From Oopsacas minuta (lineage: Eukaryota > Animalia > Porifera): a stretch of DNA of 7,004 bases. Every line of letters begins with the position of its first letter. The first letter of the stretch is position 1. The DNA is taken from contig JAKMXF010000194.1 in the NCBI GenBank assembly GCA_024704765.1, positions 1-7,004 of the forward strand, in the 5' to 3' direction. The notes beneath the pieces are model-generated. The model ran no database searches. It saw only the letters and a list, made by a program, of their open reading frames with translations, and had not been told where the DNA came from. Below are positions 1-6,589 of this stretch, piece by piece. The position numbers and the translations under genes are program-made.

Positions 1-533
1 CTGGTACTTGGATGACAGCAGGGGATTCACGAGTTAGCGAACACCACTGAAATACTGATTAATCATATGAAACTACCTGAAATATTAAAGTGTGAAGATA
101 CACTATCTGATATTTCTTTTGAAGCCATTTGATTCAAATAATAGCAAACAAAATATATTAGAATTAACCAAATTCAAAATATCAGAACAAATCGAGAAAT
201 TCGAAAATACTTTCGATGTCATTAGTTAGACAGAGAGGTGAATTGAATAATATTCGAATGAGCTATTTCACACCTAATATGAGTGTTCATATTTTTGCTA
301 GATAATAATACTACAGGGGACTATATTGGACTCAATAAATATCAATCCTTGGTCAGATTTGGAAATGACTCGCAAACCAGGAATGAATGAAATTTGTATT
401 CACGGAAATTCGCTAAATTTTGTGATAATTCTATAACAGAGATCCTCTGTTCCCTTCAAACAGCAGATTGTTATTGGAAACTGTGAAAATGGGAATTTAA
501 TTACAAACAAATATGTAAATAACAACAAAATAA

Positions 534-1691
534 TTAATATATATTTATTCCATAACTAGCACAAATAATATCAAAGTTATTATTAACAATTATTCCTATA
601 GGATTATTACATTTAATTTTGTGTATCAGCTGTCCATCTTTAGTAAATATATTAATTGAATCTCCCCAATAATCGCTAATTATAATATTATTATACAAAT
701 CAAAACACATAAAAATTTCTCCTCTTCCATTTTCTAATTTTATGAAACTTTTCAACAAATCACCTGATTTAGAGAATATGTGTATATTATTAATTTCATT
801 ATTGTCTACTACAAATATCTTATTATTATTTATTTTGACGTCACTCGGGTATCTAAGTTTGTATTTTCCTATTTCTCTAATAAATTCTAAATCAGAGCTG
901 AATACTGCAATTCTATTATTATTATAATCTACAACTAACACTTCTCCATTTGTGTTAGTTGTTAGACCAAGAGGGTAATCAACAATTTCCTTAACACTCT
1001 TAATTAATTTGTAATTTGTTTTAGAGAATTTTAACACAGCATGAAGTCCCGAATCACTTATAAACACCCATTCCTTATTTAATGCTATACCGTATGGATC
1101 ATCTAGCTGCCCCTTACCAAATTCATGAATGAATTTACCCTCTGTAGAGAAGATCTGTATTCTTCTATTCCTTGCATCTGCTACATAGATCTTATCTCCA
1201 TCTAGAGCTAGTCCACGAGGGTACCTCAGCTCTCCTTTCTTACTGCCCTTACCCCCAATACTTCTGCTGGGCTCGGTCTTGTTTCTGTATGGTACAGTTA
1301 TATCCTGAAAAGACCCCAGCATCCCCATCTGTTTTAGGAGAGAGTCTAGACCCTCTGTATTGAGAGAAGGGATTGGGATAGGTGTTTCATTTTCGTGTTT
1401 CTGTATTTCAGCTCTTGTTTGCCTCATCTGTTCTTCTTGAAACTTTACTACTTCGTTCTGTTGAATGCTAGTTTCCATTAATTGTTGGATCAGCTTCTTC
1501 AGGTCTACTATTTGTTTCTTTCTTGTATTCTCCTTGTTCAGATAGTCCTGTTTGATATCGAACAGCTGAACAAGCAGCTGATCTCTCCTCTCTGTCGCAA
1601 TTATGATTATCTTCTCGAACGTGGAATGGATCAGTTGTTCCGTTAGTTCGAAATGGTTGGTAGGAATTTCATCTGGGTATTTGGTTGCCAT
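534..1691 (-). CDS. Copy A: intronless coiled-coil + 6x NHL-repeat beta-propeller protein (TRIM-NHL/TRIM71/Brat-like C-terminal half, no RING or B-box), 385 aa
   Basis: ATG to TAA, uninterrupted. Residues ~15-100 are helical and Q/E/K-rich. Six NHL blades follow: LRYPRGLALD..VAD..RIQIF, LDDPYGIALN, VDYPLGLTTN, LRYPSDVKIN, EIFMCFDL, NNPIGIIVN. Confidence 0.92.
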   Translation of the reverse strand: MATKYPDEIPTNHFELTEQLIHSTFEKIIIIATERRDQLLVQLFDIKQDYLNKENTRKKQIVDLKKLIQQLMETSIQQNEVVKFQEEQMRQTRAEIQKHENETPIPIPSLNTEGLDSLLKQMGMLGSFQDITVPYRNKTEPSRSIGGKGSKKGELRYPRGLALDGDKIYVADARNRRIQIFSTEGKFIHEFGKGQLDDPYGIALNKEWVFISDSGLHAVLKFSKTNYKLIKSVKEIVDYPLGLTTNTNGEVLVVDYNNNRIAVFSSDLEFIREIGKYKLRYPSDVKINNNKIFVVDNNEINNIHIFSKSGDLLKSFIKLENGRGEIFMCFDLYNNIIISDYWGDSINIFTKDGQLIHKIKCNNPIGIIVNNNFDIICASYGINIY

Positions 1692-1733
1692 TTGTTTGTT
1701 ATTTTGTTTATGATTATCCTCATTTACAGACTG

Positions 1734-1741
1734 TATTTATA
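1734..1741 (-). promoter_or_regulatory. Putative TATA box (TATAAATA) of gene A
   Basis: Consensus TATA 43-50 nt upstream of the ATG, followed by an AAC-rich leader. It is identical in gene C and lies at the edge of the A/C homology. Confidence 0.6.
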
Positions 1742-2281
1742 CAAGTTTGTAGGTTAATTATTCAGGTGTCAAGTGGTGAAATAGAAAATTATAACTAATC
1801 ACATTTCCTTGAACTCTACCACGAGACTATTGTCTCACAGAATTACGGATGTGTTAGGTCAGATAGCTTTCAACATGGAAATTCGTTCCAGTTATAACTA
1901 GCCACATTCCTTGTATAGAATTAGTTGCTATGCTGTATTAGCTATCAGTTTCTATTTGTAATCTTAATCATTCATTGTATATTCCTCCTTGAAATTTGGC
2001 CATAGCATTCTATACACTAAGGCAATGGTACTGATTAATGGACTTGGACCAGGGATTGGGTAAGTCAGTTCTAAGGAAATAATGGAGATATGTTGGTTGC
2101 GATAAAATTTAAACGGTACATGTTGGCCCCACGGGTCTCTCAGAAAATCATATTGATCGAAAAAACGAGGTCCTTGAGATTTTTCATGATTCTTGTGTAG
2201 AATTTTGCGTAGAATCCGATTCTGTTGCCAAAAAAATATTTCTCACACAAATTTTTGAGTTATTTTATATTTTTTTGTAAA

Positions 2282-2282
2282 N
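2282..2282. other. Ambiguous base or assembly gap (N) at the left edge of the tandem array
   Basis: A literal n at 2282. Sequence on either side may not be truly contiguous. Confidence 0.95.
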
Positions 2283-2649
2283 TGTCTAATCTTATCTAGC
2301 AAAGATATTTGTCTAATCCTATCTAGCAAAGATATCAGTCTAATCTTATCTAGCAAAGATATTTGTCTAATCTTATCTAGCATAGATATTTGTCTAATCC
2401 TATCTAGCAAAGATATCTGTCTAATCTTATCTAGCAAAGATATCAGTCTAATCTTATCTAGCAAAGATATTTGTCTAATCCTATCTAGCAAAGATATTTG
2501 TCTAATCCTATCTAGCAAAGATATCAGTCTAATCTTATCTAGCAAAGATATTTGTCTAATCCTATCTAGCAAAGATATTTGTCTAATCCTATCTAGCAAA
2601 GATATCAGTCTAATCTTATCTAGCAAAGATATCAGTCTAATCTTATCTA
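2283..2649. repeat. 27-bp tandem repeat (minisatellite), 13 full units plus a 15-nt partial unit
   Basis: Consensus GTCTAATC(T/C)TATCTAGCAAAGATAT(TT/CA). Units start at 2284, 2311, 2338 ... 2608 and 2635 (partial), with no spacers. The left edge abuts an N, so the copy number may be wrong. Confidence 0.97.
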
Positions 2650-2726
2650 CGTAAATTTTAGCAGTCAGCGGTTCCCAGCAGGCAGTCCATGTGATCCCCA
2701 AATTTACGCATTTGATTATCCTGTAG

Positions 2727-2880
2727 CAATATTCTGGGCTATTTTGTGTGACTATAAATCCATACAAGTTATTTCCAATATACACCGATGAAGTTGTACA
2801 AATGTATAGAGGGAAAAAAGGTGTGAATTGCCTCCTCATTTATGGCATTACAGATCAGGATTATCAACAGGTGTTAAGAA
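2727..2880 (+). pseudogene. Orphan/degenerate exon of a class II myosin heavy chain (motor domain, just upstream of the P-loop)
   Basis: Translates QYSGLFCVTINPYKLFPIYTDEVVQMYRGKK, then CELPPH in a shifted frame (2822-2839), then YGITDQDYQQVLR. This matches the myosin II signature TYSGLFCVTxNPYKxxPxY...YRGKKRxExPPHI...DxAYQxML. It is flanked by acceptor ctgtag (AG at 2725-2726) and donor gtaagg (2881-2886). Confidence 0.9.
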
Positions 2881-2887
2881 GTAAGGA

Positions 2888-2911
2888 TTTGTTGTTGTTT
2901 GTTTGTTTGTT
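2888..2911 (+). repeat. (TTG)n(TTTG)n microsatellite
   Basis: tttgttgttgtttgtttgtttgtt, immediately after the myosin exon donor site. Confidence 0.8.
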
Positions 2912-2992
2912 ATGTACTTAAACTAAATATGAAACATTGGCAAAATAATTTTTTCATATACATTTAGGATAAACAAACAACAAATGATATAA

Positions 2993-3916
2993 CTAATAGA
3001 ATATTTGAAGAGGGTAGTTCTTATTATAAGACACACAAACTAATCTCCCATTTGCAGTTATAACTATTCCTAGGGGGTTATATAACATTCCTTGTTGGTG
3101 TCCCTCTGTACCTATTTTGTGTAGGAGTTTGCCTTCTGGAGAGAATACCTGAATTGAGTGAGAGTCTTGATCGCTAATAACAAAGTTGTTAAGTGGATCT
3201 AGACAGAAGAAAAGAGGGCATAACACATCCATTCCTTGTCCTCTAGTAATGAGGGAGTGTAGCTTGTCTCCTTCTACGGTTAGCACGTGCATACACGGGT
3301 TGTCATATGGACACAGTACGTACACGCGGTCACGTGACACTTTAACATCAAATGGTTTTGACATTGACTGATGCCTAATGTTACGTAGATGGTTCAGGTC
3401 TGTGTCGAGTATACTGATTCTGTTGTTAAGCTGATCTGCTATAAACACGTGACCGATGGAATCTGTTGTTAGTTGACGAGGGAAATTGAATTGTCCGTTG
3501 TCTGATCCCTAGCCTCCCACCTTCCTAACAAGACTCATGTCAGTTAGTATGAATTGGTTAATAGTGAAATCTCTCCAGCAGCTGACATACACATTCTCTC
3601 CATGTATAGCTATACCCCATGGCCCATTCAGTTGTCTTACACCCAGCTGATTGAGGCACTCTCCTGTATCAGAGAATATCTCTATTCTGTCATTGTAAAA
3701 ATTAGCTACGAATATTTGGTTAGTAGCTTCATGTATAGCTACACCTTGTGGATCATTCAACTGGCCAGGACCTGAACCTTTCTCCTCAGTAGCGACAGTA
3801 GACGTCTGGAATGTGGAATACTTTGGTACACCTACTGATTTTTGCACAATATCACCGAGGCGGGAAATACAAGTTTCTAATTCACGTGTGTCACACTGCC
3901 ACTTTAATACGCTCAT
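2993..3916 (-). pseudogene. Copy B: divergent 6x NHL-repeat gene with one in-frame TAG and no coiled-coil N-terminus
   Basis: ORFs 3509-3973 and 2993-3448 are in the same frame: ...VRKVGG*GSDNGQFNFPRQLTTDSIGHVFIAD... Six blades are present (LNDPQG, LNGPWG, FNFPRQ, MSKPFD, VLCPLF, LYNPLG), ending LQIFY*. The first ATG is at 3916; the track's start at 3973 is a GTG, and an upstream TAA lies at 3983-3985. Confidence 0.85.
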
Positions 3917-4675
3917 TATGTTATTTGTCACATACAGGAGGCATACAGGATGTTTTCGCTCTGCTGTATACACTTTTCGAGATTAAGACACCAAATTTGG
4001 CATGAATACTCGTAGTGACATCTAATTGTGCAACTGACATTTGAATATTTCCAATGTGCATATTATCACACCTTTTGAGTGAACATTTCAAAATTATCGT
4101 ATAGATAACTTGTTAAATAGAGGTAAACAGGGACTTAGAATTCGATTTTAACATTTTAAAATATCTAACAAGATTAGTAAAATTCTATTTTATCTTTCTT
4201 GCCAAAAATGGATATTTTTCAATAATCCACTAAAATTACTTTGGTAAATTTAAGTCGGAACAGACGGTGATTTGAGATTTGTATTTCTAACTTCTAACTA
4301 TGGAATCTTTCCATTTGAATTCCAGTCAACTTCCGTTATACAGAAGCTCAAGGGATTGCTATAATTACTGCGATAATAGCGGAGTACGGTATAACTGATG
4401 AAATGTATTTACTTAGAAGGTTTGGGACCATATTGATGATATTCCATAATTCAGTATAAGTATTTCTATGTATCCGAGCAGGAGTTGATTGTACTTGTAT
4501 ATGATAATCCACAGCTGTTACAAACCTGAGTGAGGTACACAAGATCTCATAATGTGTATTCCATAGAATGTGCTAAGATGATTTAAACCCAGATTCGTAG
4601 TACAGTAATTATTGATATAAATAGTGAAATATGATAATTGAATTACAAACAAATATGGGAATAACAATAATATAA

Positions 4676-5841
4676 TTAATAAATATATATTACATCATCA
4701 CTATAACTAGCACAAATAATATCAAAGTTATTATTAACAATTATTCCTGTAGGATTATTACATTCAATTTTGTGTATCAGCTGTCCATCTTTAGTAAATA
4801 TATTAATTGAATTTACCAAAAAATCGCTAATTATAATATTATTATACAAATCAAAACACATAAAAATATTTTCTCTCCCATTTTCTAATTTTATGAAACT
4901 TTTCAATAAATCACCTGATTTAGAGAATATGTGTATATTATTAATCTTATTATTGTCTGCTACAAATATGATATTATCATGTATTTTAACGTCAACCGGG
5001 GATTTGAGTCTGTCTTTTCCTATTTCTCGAATAAATTCTAAATTCAAGCTGAATACTGCGATTCTATTAAAATACCAATCTGCAACTAACACTTCTCCAT
5101 TTGTGTCAGTTGTTAGACCACCAGGGACACTAACACCTTCCTTAGCACTCTTAATAAATTTGAAGTTTGTTTTAGAGAATTTAAATACAGCACTAGATAT
5201 CAAATCACTTATAAACACCCACTCGTTATGTAATGCTATACCGTATGGAGAATTTAGTTGTCCCTACCAAATTCACGAATGAACTTACCCTCTGTAGAGA
5301 AGATCTGTATTCTATCATTGTTTGCATGTGCTATATAGATCTTATCTCCATCTAGAGATAGTCCACGAGGGTACTTCAGCTCTCCTCCCATACTGCCATA
5401 TTTCCCAATCCTTCTGATGGGCTCTGTCTTGTTTCTGTAGGCTACAGCTATAACCTGAATAGACCCCAACTTCTCCAGCTGTTCTATTAGAGAGTTTAGA
5501 CCCTCAGTATTGAGGGAAGGGATTGGAATAGGTGTTTCATTTTCGTATTTGTGTATTTCAGCTCTTGTTTGCCTCATCTGTTCTTCTTGAAACTTTACTA
5601 CTTCGTTCTGCTGAATGCTAGTTTCCATTAATTGTTGGATTAGCTTCTTCAGGTCTGATACTTGTTTCTTTCTTGTATTCTCCTTGTTCAGATAGTCCTG
5701 TTTGATATCGAACAGCTTGACAAGCAGCTGATCTCTCCTCTCTGTCGCAATCATAATTATCTTCTCGAACGTGGAATGGATCAGTTGTTCCGTTAGTTCG
5801 AAATAGTTAGTAGGAATTTCATCTGCGTATTGAGAGGCCAT
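4676..5841 (-). pseudogene. Copy C: paralog of copy A with a 1-bp deletion (388 aa if repaired); a pseudogene, null allele or assembly indel
   Basis: ORFs 5254-5841 and 4676-5218 align colinearly to A. Plus strand A reads ctgccccttaccaaa and C reads ttgtccct-accaaa, so one base is missing at 5265/5266. This gives FGRDN* (TAA at 5254-5256). Restoring the base gives FGKGQLNSPYGIALHNEWVFISD. About 80% aa identity to A by manual count. Confidence 0.88.
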
Positions 5842-5883
5842 TTGTTTGTTGTTCTGTTTATGATTATTCTCATTTACAGACTG

Positions 5884-5891
5884 TATTTATA
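5884..5891 (-). promoter_or_regulatory. Putative TATA box (TATAAATA) of gene C
   Basis: Same sequence and same spacing to the ATG as in gene A. Confidence 0.6.
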
Positions 5892-6063
5892 CAAGTTCAT
5901 ACTCTATTTTCTGTTTACACATAGGCATATAATTCTCTATCCAAATTACTCATTAGAATGACAGCTCTAAGTTTTCACCTCTTATTAGTTCAGAACATAT
6001 TCTTAATCATGATATGAGCTAAGTATTTCATTTTGAATATTTTCTCCATGGTTCAGTTAATTT

Positions 6064-6088
6064 TGACGTCACATGTGTCCGGACACAT
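6064..6088. promoter_or_regulatory. Cluster of overlapping palindromes upstream of gene C (CRE-like, E-box-like and a 16-bp perfect palindrome)
   Basis: TGACGTCA at 6064-6071, CACATGTG at 6070-6077 and ATGTGTCCGGACACAT at 6073-6088. The sequences are seen directly; function is inferred only. Confidence 0.35.
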
Positions 6089-6347
6089 TATAAGAGACAA
6101 CCTTGATCAAACTACCCCTCAAACTCACTGTGGCCAGTCGTGGCCAGATAATATCAAGTTTTAGAGTGATTTGTCAAGATATTATCTATCATTTAGAACT
6201 AAATCCAGCCTCCCGCAAATAACACCAAGCATTGTTAATAGAGCGACACATTAGGTGTTACGAATTTGAGATTTTAAGCAATTCTTATTAAACTAATTTT
6301 ATTTACTAAATTTCAAGCAAATATTATAAATCTAACTGAATAACCAG

Positions 6348-6589
6348 GAAGCTTTCATTATCTTATCTCTCAACCTTCAATCAGAACGGCAGTCGATTCC
6401 TTCATCCAGATATATGATCTTTCAGGTGGCGAATTCTCCTCAATTCGGAGAAGATTCTGCGAATTAAAGTCTGAAAGTGATGCTTTCAGTAAATATAACG
6501 ATCTATCTACATGGCAATCACTCCTGTTATATTTACTCAATCCTCCAGTCCCACACAGATACGTATTATTGGGGAATGCTGACACTTAG
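6348..6589 (+). other. Candidate unidentified coding exon
   Basis: A branch-point-like TCTAAC and the acceptor ccag (AG at 6346-6347) precede about 80 open codons: SFHYLISQPSIRTAVDSFIQIYDLSGGEFSSIRRRFCELKSESDAFSKYNDLSTWQSLLLYLLNPPVPHRYVLLGNADT*. No family recognised. Confidence 0.2.

Larger units (their letters stand above)
483..1747 (-). repeat. Duplicated unit, copy 1 (gene A with short flanks); direct repeat of 4624-5897
   Basis: Homology runs from gtgaaa (483 / 4624) through the CDS to acaagtt (1747 / 5897). The flanks beyond are unalignable by eye. Confidence 0.85.
4624..5897 (-). repeat. Duplicated unit, copy 2 (gene C with short flanks); direct repeat of 483-1747
   Basis: Same alignment as copy 1. 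The upstream 56 nt align without gaps. Confidence 0.85.

Noticed and set aside
16-225. Degenerate plus-strand coding stretch (…LKCEDTLSDISF… / FDSNNSKQNILELTKF…), possibly the preceding myosin exon (KCEDM motif)
   Set aside because: Only four residues match, LNEASVL-like sequence is absent, and the frames are short and interrupted.
435-451. Hairpin aacagag-atc-ctctgtt as a terminator
   Set aside because: A 7-bp stem is expected by chance. There is no U-tract, it is not conserved downstream of paralog C, and intrinsic terminators do not apply to this context.
2283-2649. CRISPR array
   Set aside because: The units are contiguous with no unique spacers, there are no cas genes, and the context is eukaryotic.
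2243-2839. 198-aa minus-strand ORF as a real repeat protein
   Set aside because: Its N-terminus is the antisense of the myosin exon and its body is the stop-free frame of the minisatellite. It also crosses an N.
3509-3511. TAG reassigned as a sense codon (alternative genetic code)
   Set aside because: The same gene ends with TAG (2993-2995) at the position where the paralogs end, and there is no other internal TAG in the three genes.
4348-4542. 64-aa ORF as the missing N-terminus of gene B or as a separate gene
   Set aside because: It starts at TTG, shows no coiled-coil character and has no recognisable motif.
4770-5282. 170-aa antisense ORF, plus the other plus-strand ORFs 742-927, 1172-1363, 3186-3371, 3554-3775 and 3811-4005
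   Set aside because: These are shadows of NHL coding sequence. The 4770 ORF starts at TTG, and the equivalent frame in paralog A is broken by stops.
534-5841. Diversity-generating retroelement (template/variable repeat pair) explaining the A/C loop variation
   Set aside because: Differences are not adenine-restricted (e.g. TAT/TGG, GGA/GTA, TCG/TTG). Both copies are whole genes, and there is no reverse transcriptase in the window.
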